A stretch of DNA of 64,000 bases from Octopus sinensis (Eukaryota): NCBI RefSeq assembly GCF_006345805.1, contig NC_043003.1, positions 41,726,001 to 41,790,000 on the forward strand. The letters are read 5' to 3'. This document shows, piece by piece, positions 52,440-64,000 of this stretch (within the stretch, counting starts at the first letter, position 1; each line of letters opens with the position of its first letter). The translations under genes and the position numbers were made by a program. Below the pieces are notes generated by a model, which was not told the origin of the DNA, made no database searches, and was given only the letters and a program-made list of their open reading frames with translations.

Positions 52440-52790
52440 TTTCCGACAAAGCATTGTTAGTGTTGAAATAGACGTTTATCGAGTGTGTATCGAGGGGAAA
52501 CAAATCGACCATCTTATTCAACTTGTCAAAGGCTTTCGGTATATCAGTAAAATGTTGGTAAAAAGGGCATTTTTATGCCCATCTGCAAATGTATGGTGCT
52601 AAATATAACTGATCTGAAACTGCAATAAAACCCTGGAGCAACAATGGCCACTATGGATGTCTGCAGATAATTCAACAATAGCCACGCCAAAATCCTAACA
52701 AGTGGTAAATCAAAGACACGTCATAACTCGACTTGTATGCTAAAAGCTGTATTCTGGTGGCTTACACGGAACATGCATTTAGAAGGTAGG
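52440..52790 (-). pseudogene. possible decayed CR1/L2-like RT remnant
   Basis: FTDIPKAFDK on the minus strand at 52522-52551. The flanking motifs are faint. Confidence 0.3.
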
Positions 52791-52954
52791 ACACATCTCC
52801 AGAATGGGAGAAAACGCTAATGATCTAAGTGATATGATATATATATATAAAAATGTAATATATAAATAAATATCTGTAAATATAAACCATCCGATCTTCT
52901 GAGTACCTCATTTCTTCTAATATATATACCTGTACATCATCTCCAAACCTTCCA

Positions 52955-53044
<90 letters not shown>

Positions 53045-53230
53045 ATATATATATATTATATATATATATATATTATATATATATATATATATTACGGAGA
53101 TGTACTTGCATAGCGAGAGACTTGATGTGAGATCGTGTGCTGGAACGAAACAATTGCAGCGTGGAAGGTCTTTATAAGCCATTTAAGAAATACACAAAAC
53201 CGCTAGATTCACTTCAACATTCAAATTTAA

Positions 53231-53281
53231 TTTGTCAAAATATGTTCGTCGCTTTGAGACCGCGACCTGTTCACTGACAAA
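53231..53281 (-). ncRNA. mirror hammerhead motif with G3-C8 core (A15.1C substitution)
   Basis: TTTGTCA-GTGAACA-G-GTCGC..GCGAC-GAA-CATATT-T-TGACAAA. Stem I is a perfect 7 bp. Confidence 0.55.
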
Positions 53282-53307
53282 GCTTCACTGAGATGCAGCA
53301 CGAAGCT

Positions 53308-53356
53308 TTTTCAGTGAACAGGTCGCGGTCTCAAAGCGACGAAAATATTTTGACAA
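53308..53356 (+). ncRNA. type I hammerhead ribozyme motif with G3-C8 core
   Basis: TTTTCA-GTGAACA-G-GTCGC ggtctcaaa GCGAC-GAA-AATATT-T-TGACAA. Stem I has one mismatch. Confidence 0.6.
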
Positions 53357-54334
53357 CTTAAATTTAAATGTTGAAGTGAATCTAACGGTTTTGTGTGTTT
53401 CTTAAATGGCTGCAATTGTATATATATATATATATTCTTCTACTACTAAGCACTGACCTGTCCTCTAAGGAAACTAACCTATATTTCCAAATTCTTCATT
53501 CCACCATTTTACTATCCCTACCTCCTCTCTCTGTCCTTCACTTAGGCTCTATCACTACATACCTCACACTCCTTTATACTTTACTCTCTCGTCTCTTTAT
53601 ATTCACATATCTTTCTCTTTCTCTCACCTTCACCTTCCCTTTCCTTCTATCAATTGATCCTGACTGACCAGTATCCAGTACACTTTCCCTCTCTTCATTT
53701 TTTTACTATCTCTCTCCTCGCTTTTCCTTTTTCTCTCTTTTTTTTCTCTTCCTGTTTTTGGTTAAACCTCACAAACACATTCCCAACTTTTAAGTCACCT
53801 CAAAATAACCCTCGATCCAATAACACGGTTTACAAAACTCTATGCTTGGCATGACTAATTTTAAATACTATTGGCTCTTACACACAATGTTCAGGAAAAT
53901 TATATGTTTAACATTCTGCTTAGATAATGGAACCGAACGTACAATATCCCTGCATACCTCACGTCTGTTTTCATTCCTCCAATTCACTCTCTATTTCATA
54001 TCTTCTCTAGAATAACTATTGCTTAACCATTTTTTCGCACCGCCTCCGATGAAGGGAAACAGCTGTAAGACCTTTTTATAAATGTTCTGAAATTTTTCAC
54101 AGCCTTGGATTTTTATCGCATTCTGTTAATTCTTTATATATATACATATTTATAAAACTGGCTTCTTTCAGTTTCCGCTAACCAAATCCACTCACACATT
54201 GATTAACACTTTGCTTTACACAGAGATTCTCAATCGAGGTCCATATGTTCCTTGACGTGCCCATATTAGATTTTGGTGTCAAAACTTGTGTGCAATTAAC
54301 TGCTTTTGCGGGAACGCTGAAAAGCTCTCGTCTC

Positions 54335-54520
54335 TAAGGGTGTTGCGAAAGGTCTGGTTGGGGGCCGAAACATCCGAGTTCTTTTACAGGGTTTAGAAAA
54401 ACTGAAGAACAGCTGCACTAAGAGAGTGTATCTGAGAGGGGAATAAGTTGAATAAAATCATAATTAACTGATCCTCCTGTATTTTTTAACGAAACCAGGA
54501 ACATTTCCGTACCCCACTTG
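54335..54520 (+). mobile_element. mariner deletion derivative
   Basis: Degenerate TIRs (agggtgttgcgaaaggtctgg and ccaggaacatttccgtacccc) around the transposase C-terminus GLEKLKNSCTKRVYLRGE. Confidence 0.6.
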
Positions 54521-55038
54521 TGTACTTCTACAATACACAAAATGGTTTAAGTTTTCTTTATACTCTTCCTCATGAAATTTCCTCATAGAAATGCAGTAGG
54601 ATTTTCTTAAATTCATTGAAAGGTTATGGAAGTATAGTCAATTAAAATAGGAACCAAAATGTTCCATAGGTAAAATATGGTTGAAAACCAGTAGACTCGA
54701 ACAACCTATCTGTTGGACTGTTCCGCAATTCTTTAAGAAAAAACTCATCATTCTTCATTTGAAGCTAAACGACACTGTTATGGAATTAGATCTAAACTAA
54801 TTGTATAAACGATCTCTACCTTTGATTTTATCTATTAACAGAGTGATGAAATGTCAGTGTGAGTAAAAGTATTTTAGTAATTATTAGGCTACGCTATCAA
54901 TGAATCAACTTCACTGCATCAAGATAAGATTACTATAATCCCAGAGTAATATATTTCAACTTTGGAATTATATAACTGCTAAGATTAATTCAATATACAA
55001 TTCCTGAAATCTAAGTGCACACACACGCACACACATCT

Positions 55039-55155
<117 letters not shown>

Positions 55156-55559
55156 TTGGACAACAAAATGGAAGCACCTAGCATCATAGATTCATAATAG
55201 AAAAATAAATAATAATTAATGTATAAACATGTAGAACATCAACCCAACTGTAAACTTCACACATCCTTTGAAAATAATATATTGATTTATTACATATAGC
55301 AGTATATTAGTATTAATGTGCATATTCATAAAATGTATTTCTTATCTTCTAATGAAACAGCTATAAAGATGATACTATATATTTCTGTTTTGTGTTAATA
55401 CATACTCTACTTTATAAATTCACCACGAATTTCAACTAAATATCCGACTTATCGTTTCTGATAAAACATCTACGTACATACATCTCATTACAAGTATGTA
55501 CAGATGTGCTTCACGAGGATATAGCTTGGCTTATAGAATGACGGTCAGACAGACAAGCA

Positions 55560-55604
55560 AATATATAGATAAATAGATTGATAAATAGACAGACAGATAA
55601 ATAA

Positions 55605-55685
<81 letters not shown>

Positions 55686-55697
55686 CAGACAGATATA
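55560..55697 (+). repeat. (ATAG)n microsatellite
   Basis: Direct reading. Confidence 0.9.
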
Positions 55698-56699
55698 TGC
55701 ATTTACATGTACACATATATGTATGTATTATATGTAGAAACTAGATAACTATATTCCTAACAAGACACATCCTAATGCACCAAATCGAAGCCTGTATTCA
55801 CAGAAGTCGTTAGTCATGTAATGTGACATATCTTTGCAGTTTCACCCCTAAACTGTATGAAATAAGTCATCAGCAAAATGGATAGCTCATATACTTAAAT
55901 ATCAGAGCTGTGATTAGCTACCTAACGGTACGTTCTCGTCTTCCTCGCCCTTCAGTTGGTGTTTTACGCAACGGTCTTACTTGAACTTTATACCAAACGA
56001 TAGGAGAACAATAGAGTATATGACAAGACTAGTTGAACGTTAATATATATACCGCTAGAAAAAAAATAACGTATTGTCTTAAGCAGACCATGAAGATTCT
56101 CTGATTTGCTATGCTAGAGAGTAGAAAGAAAAACATCGAAAGATTTCTGCGGCAACCAGATATAATTTTGAATATCATCAGTCACATGCAAAAGTCTTTT
56201 ACAAGATATTTAATAATCCAATTTGTTGTCAACTAATTAGAAAGTAAATAGAGATGTGATGATTGTGTATTTGAAATAAATAAATAAATTGGAATTTAGA
56301 AAATTATAATACAGCTATATTAATGCAAGTGTTTAACTTAGATTAATCTTCGAGGTTAACTATATGTTTCCAAGACATATCTAAGATACACACATCCAGA
56401 AACAAACGCACAAACACAAGCGCACAGGCATAGACAGTACTTGACTCATTTCTCAACCACGCGTCATAGCAATCTGCCCGTTCATTACAAAAATTCGCAG
56501 CTTCTTGCTTCGATGTATCTCTTCGCATCTCTATTTGCGATGATTTTCTTCTATCATCACGTAGAACTGTTATTCTAAATTTCTCAAAGTAAAGGCGCAG
56601 TTTAGATGTTAGGTAAGAAGCTTGCTTCCCAATCACTAGGCTCCGGATTTAGTCACACTGCATGGTATGTTGGATAAGTCTTCTGCATATATATATATA

Positions 56700-57091
56700 C
56701 TAGCAGTATCGCCCGGCGTTGCTCGGGTTTGTAAGGGAAATAACTATACAGCATTTTTACAGAGTTATAGCCAAAAAATAGCAAAAAATGTATTAAAAAT
56801 GGAAAAAATATGATGGTAAATTTTTTTTAAATCGTTGACTCATCGTAGACATTTTTAGAGAGTTACTTCCCTTTAAAAAAATATGCATGAAAATGGAAAA
56901 AAATGATGGTAAATTATTTTTAAAATCGTAGACTCATCGTAGACGCGCGCTAATACCCAAAAGGGATCGATATGAATCACCACTATAAGATAACCGGTTT
57001 TAGTTAAACTGCACCGCAAAATGTGGGAGTAGTTAGGAATCTAAATCGAAGGGGACAGACACTCACACAACTACAGTTTTATATATATAGA
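56700..57091 (-). mobile_element. complete non-autonomous Helitron (392 bp)
   Basis: Minus strand reads A|TCTATATATATAAAACTG ... CCCGAGCAACGCCGGG hairpin-CGATACTG-CTAG|T. It has no TSD and contains an internal direct repeat of about 110 bp. Confidence 0.88.
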
Positions 57092-57133
57092 TATATTATT
57101 TATATTTATGTACATACCTACATATATATGTAT

Positions 57134-57470
57134 ATATGTGGGTACAGGACGTAAAAAAAACTTGAACAAAATGAAAAACGGGAACATAAAAAAACAAAAG
57201 CATGGAAAACGAATTTTTTTCGAACTACGAAAGAAAGAAATAGAGAATCGGGACAGGCAATATAAAAAAAAAAAACAATCCCGTCATCCTTCCGAAGTAG
57301 ATAAAACAGGGAAGAACTGATGAAGGGAATGTCCTTTATGTTGCCTGTCTCGTTTCTCGAATCGTGTCTTTCCTTGTTTGAAAAATGTTCGTTTTCAATG
57401 TTTTTGTTCTTTTTAAGTTCTCGTTTTTCATTTTGTTCTGTTTTTTTTTAGACGTCTTGCACCCATATAT
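57134..57470. mobile_element. imperfect foldback element in (TA)n
   Basis: The ends atatgtgggtacaggacgt and acgtcttgcacccatatat pair, as do the inner arms gggacaggcaatataaa and tttatgttgcctgtctc. CTGATGA lies in the loop. Confidence 0.65.
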
Positions 57471-57497
57471 ACATATATATATATATATACAATATAT

Positions 57498-57547
<50 letters not shown>

Positions 57548-57677
57548 ATATATATACATGTATATTATATATACATATATATATATATATATTATATATA
57601 TATATATATGTAGGTCCCTGGTTGATCGGGGTTAACCACAGTAAATAAGGTACTCAATACATAGCAGAGTAAAATTA

Positions 57678-57778
57678 ATTTATTATATAGAAGGAGCTTC
57701 TACAGGACTAGAACTGAGCTTCCTGAAGATGTCTCTTGAATGAAACAGTTCTAGTCCTGTAGAAGCTCCTTCTATATA

Positions 57779-57784
<6 letters not shown>
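57678..57784. repeat. perfect 39-bp inverted repeat with a 29-nt loop
   Basis: Arms 57678-57716 and 57746-57784. The loop contains CTGAAGA..GAAA. Confidence 0.9.
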
Positions 57785-57825
<41 letters not shown>

Positions 57826-57867
57826 TATATATATTATATATATATATATATTATATATATATATATA

Positions 57868-58210
57868 TATAACGGGAAGCTTTATGAAAATAGACAAAAG
57901 ACGAAGGCAGGTGGAAAACAAACAAACAATTGTATTAGTATGGCGCTCAGGAATATAAATAAACAAGTCTTTAACGTTTCGAGCCTACGCTCTTCAACAG
58001 AAGATACACAGAGAGAAAAAACACAGAAAGAAGGAGAGAAACAAAATGCGTGCAGTAACTAACGAATCAACATGGCGATCTGATTTCGGCCAGAGGTCAA
58101 AGATCAAACATGAGACGCGAGAGCGAAATAAGGGAGATAATAGGGTTGATAATAGGGTTGAGTGACCCTAGGATAGGTCTGGACAGGCGTATGTATGGGG
58201 TTGGTGTATG
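57868..58210 (-). mobile_element. PLE-type terminal fragment with HHR motif
   Basis: Minus strand TCTT-CTGTTGA-A-GAGC gtag GCTC-GAA-ACGT-T-AAAGA at 57968-58004, flanked by (TA)n. Confidence 0.62.
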
Positions 58211-58216
58211 TATTAG

Positions 58217-58266
<50 letters not shown>

Positions 58267-58766
58267 CATGTACATATATCTATGTATATATGCATATATA
58301 TTATTTATATCGTTATATGATCTAACGCCACGCATCCGTTTCCAAGTAAGTCTTATCTCGCTCTCACTCTCTCTCTTTCACTCTCTCGTTCTCTTTCTCT
58401 CTTTCTCTCTCGCTATATATACATATATATATATATATATATGCGTGTGTGTGTGTATGTGTATGTATGTATTTATGGGATTTTGTGTGTGTGTCCTTCA
58501 CTGCCGTTGTTGTATTTACGTCCCCGTAGAAAACTGACAGAATAAATACGATGCAATAAGCACTGGGGGCTATTTATTCGACAAAGAATACAGTGCTCTA
58601 TAATGACTGCAGCCTAATGAATGAAATAAGTAAAAGATAAAAGTTATGTTTTCACTTTCCAAATTTCTCTTTTCTATATTTCTCTTACCTATATTTCATC
58701 CTGTTTCTTTCTTTTGCTGTACATAAATACATACATACATACACACATACACACACACACACACAA

Positions 58767-58816
<50 letters not shown>

Positions 58817-58916
58817 TATATATAATAATTATATATATATGATATATATATATATATACATACATACATACATACATACGTACATACATATATAATCTTG
58901 CATCCTCGAGCCGTCA

Positions 58917-59061
58917 CTTCTTCTTATTCTCCTCCACCTCCTCCTCCTTCTTCTTCTTCTTCTTCTTCTTCTACTTCATATACTACTACCTCTTCTTCTT
59001 CTTCTTCTTCTTCTTCTTCTTCTTCTTCTTCTTCTTCTTCTTCTTCTTCTTCTTCTTCTTC
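58917..59061 (+). repeat. (TCT)n-rich microsatellite
   Basis: Direct reading. It explains the poly-S and poly-R ORFs. Confidence 0.95.
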
Positions 59062-59075
59062 TCACCAGGTCCTTT

Positions 59076-59110
<35 letters not shown>

Positions 59111-59643
59111 ATGCATATATCTATATATGTGTGCGAATGTGTGTTTTTGCATTTCTTTATCTTCTTTAAGCATTGTACACTTACTTCCCGCCTTTCCATA
59201 TTTCTTTCCTTCTTCATTAATACCACTCGCCTTCTTTACATCTCACTCAAAGCTAACAGACGCATTTATTAAGATTCACACAGATTTGCAAACTTCTTTA
59301 CATTCTAAATCCAAGTCTGCTAATTACGGTTAAAATTGCATCGGAATTATTTAAAAATTGTTTTAAAATGCAATTTTACCTTAATCTAAACAACTTGTAG
59401 CAAAGTAGTGACAATGCCACTTCTTTGTTTTAATGCCATTTTCTTTACATTTTCTTCAATGCGTTAGGATTAGGAGTTAATGACACAGCAGAAGATATTT
59501 TGAATCATAAATAGCACCACTGAAGCTACGTTGTTTTTGCCAATTTCTTTTACATTCACTACATCATCTTCACTCTTTTCCCCTTATTTTCTGTCTTTTT
59601 TCTTCTTCTTAAAGACATAGTGATACATACAGCAAAATAAACC

Positions 59644-59705
<62 letters not shown>

Positions 59706-59762
59706 AAAATAGTTACGCAGGCCAATATATACTTACAAACACGTGGGTACAAACATATATCC

Positions 59763-59801
<39 letters not shown>

Positions 59802-60010
59802 GTGTGTGTGTGTGTGTCTGTGTGTGTGTTATAGTGTGTGTAAGTACAAATCGGATTGAGTAAATTAGTGTCATTATGTATATATTTAAGTCGATGTGTA
59901 ATTATATATATGCATGTATATATATATATATGTATGTATGTATATATATATGTGTGTCTGTGTGTTTGTATGTGCGCATATATATATATGTATATATATA
60001 TATGTATGCG

Positions 60011-60044
<34 letters not shown>

Positions 60045-60259
60045 AACACACACAAACACCCACTCACACGCACACACGCGCACACGCATACGGACTCAAA
60101 CAGAGAAAGAACTTAACACATTACAAGCAAGTGATTGTATATTTGATGTTGAACATAATAGCGAGCGATTATACATAATAAACTATCTCGAAATTAAACA
60201 CACTCCATACGCATTTCGGCAAGCACGAACACACCATCCACTCACACATTTCGAAAATA

Positions 60260-60313
<54 letters not shown>

Positions 60314-60319
60314 GTGTGT

Positions 60320-60368
<49 letters not shown>

Positions 60369-60766
60369 TGTTGTGTGTATATGTACATATATATATATAT
60401 AGATATACAAACATATGTGTGTTTGCGTATCTGTGTATATATGTGTATAATATATATTTCTTCTGTCTGCAGCTAATAATATTGACAGTTAATGCACAAT
60501 AGAACATTAGCACGTACATATACATTAACACTCCTAAATACTAATCTATTGTAGCATAGATTTACGAACATACAGTCAACCACATCGATACACAGATTGC
60601 AACAACATAAAGAACCGCAATAGCAACAAAAGACAAAAAAATTTCGGCAGCTAATCTACATTGAAGAATTGGTTTAAAACAGTGATGTACATTAACTTGT
60701 CCATTTGCGAACAACCGCCAATCACGTCACCCACTTATACGTACACAAGAAATCAGTTATATGTTA

Positions 60767-60818
<52 letters not shown>

Positions 60819-60828
60819 CATATATAAC

Positions 60829-60906
<78 letters not shown>

Positions 60907-60994
60907 CTGCTTCTTGTAAATACACCTGTTTTCGTCTTATGTTTTTCTGTAAATTTCAACTTATATATATAAACACATATATACATATATATAT

Positions 60995-61048
<54 letters not shown>

Positions 61049-61081
61049 TACATATTTTTATGTACACACGCACACATGCAT

Positions 61082-61127
<46 letters not shown>

Positions 61128-61297
61128 GTACAGGTACGAATGTTTCACATCAAAAATGCACTTAATGATTGCATTTGTGTATTCTACAGCTGTAGGGTGT
61201 ACATATTATTTCATAGACAATTTTGTATTTACGTGTATGTGTCTATATGTATGTGTATATATGTAAATACATATATGTATATTTTGAGAGAGAGGGA

Positions 61298-61341
<44 letters not shown>

Positions 61342-61731
61342 CGAAAGAGCGAGAGACGGAGAGGTAGAGAGAGAAATTGAGAGAGAGTGAGAGTTGCACG
61401 TACATACACATGTTGAATCTAATGTGTTGTTCAGGAATTTGGAGCTTTCTGCCATTCAGCTTTTCGTATTGAGAGTTGAAATTTCCTGTTGATTCATTTA
61501 TATCTTTGTCATAGAAGTTTAAAGAATATTTTAGTACAGAACTTAAATTCCATATTATTCTCGTGCATGCTATTGCAAAGACATGGCTGCAAGATTCTGC
61601 AAATATGAAGTGGTTTACCGGTGTGTATGTGTACACGTAGAAGGACAAGCTACATACTTATAAAATTTGGGATTTTTAGAACTTATTTCTCCTCTATACA
61701 AACACTAGCTTTCTCTCTCACATCTCTCTCA

Positions 61732-61786
<55 letters not shown>

Positions 61787-62140
61787 GTTTCTCTCCCACA
61801 CACACACAATCATACACACGCACACGCACAGAGACGCATACCAACGCACACACAGACGCATACGTGCGCGCACTCATACTCATAACTATATAAGTAATCG
61901 AGTGACTTCACATGTTCACGCATATGCAAGCGCACATATATCTCCATACATTCACTGTAGTGAGCATCGGTGGATATCGCAAATTTTCAAACAGTGTCAG
62001 ATCTCGGAAATATCTGTAAATTCATTTGAATTAAGTATACACATGTCCAGTTACGTACTCATGTCTGTACTTCTGGATGCAGTATGTCTATATATGCAGT
62101 ATCTATCTATCTATCTCTCTCTCTCACTCTCTCTCTCTCA

Positions 62141-62209
<69 letters not shown>

Positions 62210-62234
62210 GTATATATCTATTTATCTATACACA

Positions 62235-62322
<88 letters not shown>

Positions 62323-62519
62323 GAGGCATAGCGGCATAACTACAAAGATAATTAAACTTTAGGGGCGGGTAAATTACTTGAGTAGATCGTTTCCAGAATT
62401 TTTTTAGAAATTTTTGTTGAAGAAAATGACAAAAGACGGGTTCCTAAAGAAGTACAAAACGTAATCATTCTTACCAGAAGTGGACTCATTTAATATCAGA
62501 ATAGGCTTTTAGAGAAGAA

Positions 62520-63142
62520 ATAAGGGTTTAAGTATAATGAAGTTGACTTTTATTTGTGCTAGACGGTATAATGATTGCTTTTTCCGTATAACTTTACTAA
62601 AACCATTACTTGTTGAAATCTGACGGCCATGCTGATAATCACGGTCCAGGCCACATTTTACGGTTGAATAAAATATCATCTAAGATGATGTTTATTGGTA
62701 ATTAAACTTAATTTGCAATACCTGTGCGTATTTATCAGCTTTGTTTTTGTTGGTAATTCTTATTAAAAACTTTTTCTTGCAATCGTGATTTGAGAAGACA
62801 TGCAGCAATATGCTAAAGATCGGACATAATCTCTTGAGCGTAAGAAATTTAGAATGATGTTTATTATAAACAACACAAACAATTTGTAATTTGATAGCTT
62901 TTGATGTGATACTTGTTAAACAGAAATTATTTTATCTAAAAATTTAATAAGATCTAAGCATAAGTAAGTGAAATTATGCTAAATACAACTAAACTGAAAA
63001 CTTTTTTTCTCTCTGGCCATATAGGAAATTCTGAAAATTCGTGGGTGCGAATTTTACATGAGTAGAAGCGTTTTTAACTTTTTATCCTGAAAATCACCCG
63101 CGTAAAATACACAGGTTGCGCAAATTACATTGGGTTTTACAG
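62520..63142 (-). mobile_element. decayed pogo/Tigger-like transposon 5' fragment
   Basis: TA-CTGTAAAACCCAATGTAAT terminus and a CENP-B-like STSNGFSKVIRKK remnant near 62570-62615. Confidence 0.42.
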
Positions 63143-63191
<49 letters not shown>

Positions 63192-64000
63192 AGGAATCGT
63201 TCTTCAGTGCGAGTTTATATTAGCAGGTACACATTCTACGCATATGCACTTAATTTTATTCCTCTTTATACTTAAGAAGAGATCCGCCTGTGAGTTTTTA
63301 AAGTTATGTGCTATAGTCGTGTGTCATTACGTTTTATTATTATAGTGACCCACACACTATTCAGAAGCGATTTATCGAAAAGGTAAGTTATTTATCAAGA
63401 CAAAACATTAAGAGAGCAATCGCTTGTAGAAAAACGCAAAATAATGTATAAATTATGATCCGCTAGCTTATTTGAATGTCAGTTCATATATCATTTGGCA
63501 TTATCTACATTCGCCCACAACAAATTTTTTTCATTGCAGTAGTAAGAATTAAGCTGAATCTCTCACAACAGAATGCAAAAAAGTTCAACCAATAAGAAAA
63601 TTAATATGCCATTAGCAGATACACAATATATTTTAACTGCTTCCAGAAGAGCAAATTCTATATAACAAAGTTCATAACTGAAATCAAACTAAATGTCTTA
63701 CATACGTCTAAACATTTTCTTAAACAAGATTTCAGCAACTTTGTTCCTTTTATAGAGAAACAATCTGGGAGAAATACCACTACACACTACATATAAGTTT
63801 GGGTTACGTAGGATAGTGTTATTAAATATCAGCTGATCAATGGAATTATATTTTTTCACCGCGTGTAATATCCGGAAATAAGTATATTAATTTCTCGCAT
63901 CAGGGCGCATTAGCGAATAATTAATTAGCTGATTTATGCAAGAAAGAGCCTCTGTTCTTGTTAGATGCTTCGACACAGGGTAGCTTTGAAAGAGAAGGCA

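Larger units (their letters stand above)
53088..53419. mobile_element. foldback element in (TA)n carrying two opposed HHR motifs
   Basis: Arms 53177-53286 and 53302-53411 are near-perfect inverted repeats around a 15-nt loop. Confidence 0.85.

Overview
Very AT-rich, microsatellite-dense eukaryotic DNA. The tRNA-derived SINE families and the abundance of (TA)n, (CA)n and (GATA)n suggest an octopus genome; this is an inference and no search was run. No host gene could be named, and most ORF-track hits are translated microsatellites. Supported elements: a 5'-truncated R4/Dong-clade RLE LINE inserted in (TAA)n (1424-4418); a GC-rich CR1-clade LINE fragment (48466-49772); two Penelope-like (PLE) fragments (30245-31620 and 40701-41450); an internally deleted mariner (16371-17410); pogo and mariner derivatives; a complete non-autonomous Helitron (56700-57091) and a Helitron helicase 3' end; many SINEs; and a 100-N gap. 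A low-confidence chain of plus-strand exons (5.6-22.6 kb) has no recognisable domain. The most interesting layer is RNA-structural and is missed by the ORF track: about eight hammerhead-ribozyme (HHR)-type motifs. They include a roughly 235-bp foldback carrying two opposed HHRs with a compensatory G3-C8 core swap (53177-53411), and a roughly 305-bp head-to-tail repeat at two loci (31.9-32.7 kb and 41.6-42.1 kb) with one HHR-type core per unit and a conserved octamer, which resembles a non-LTR retrozyme. All RNA structures were read by eye and are untested.
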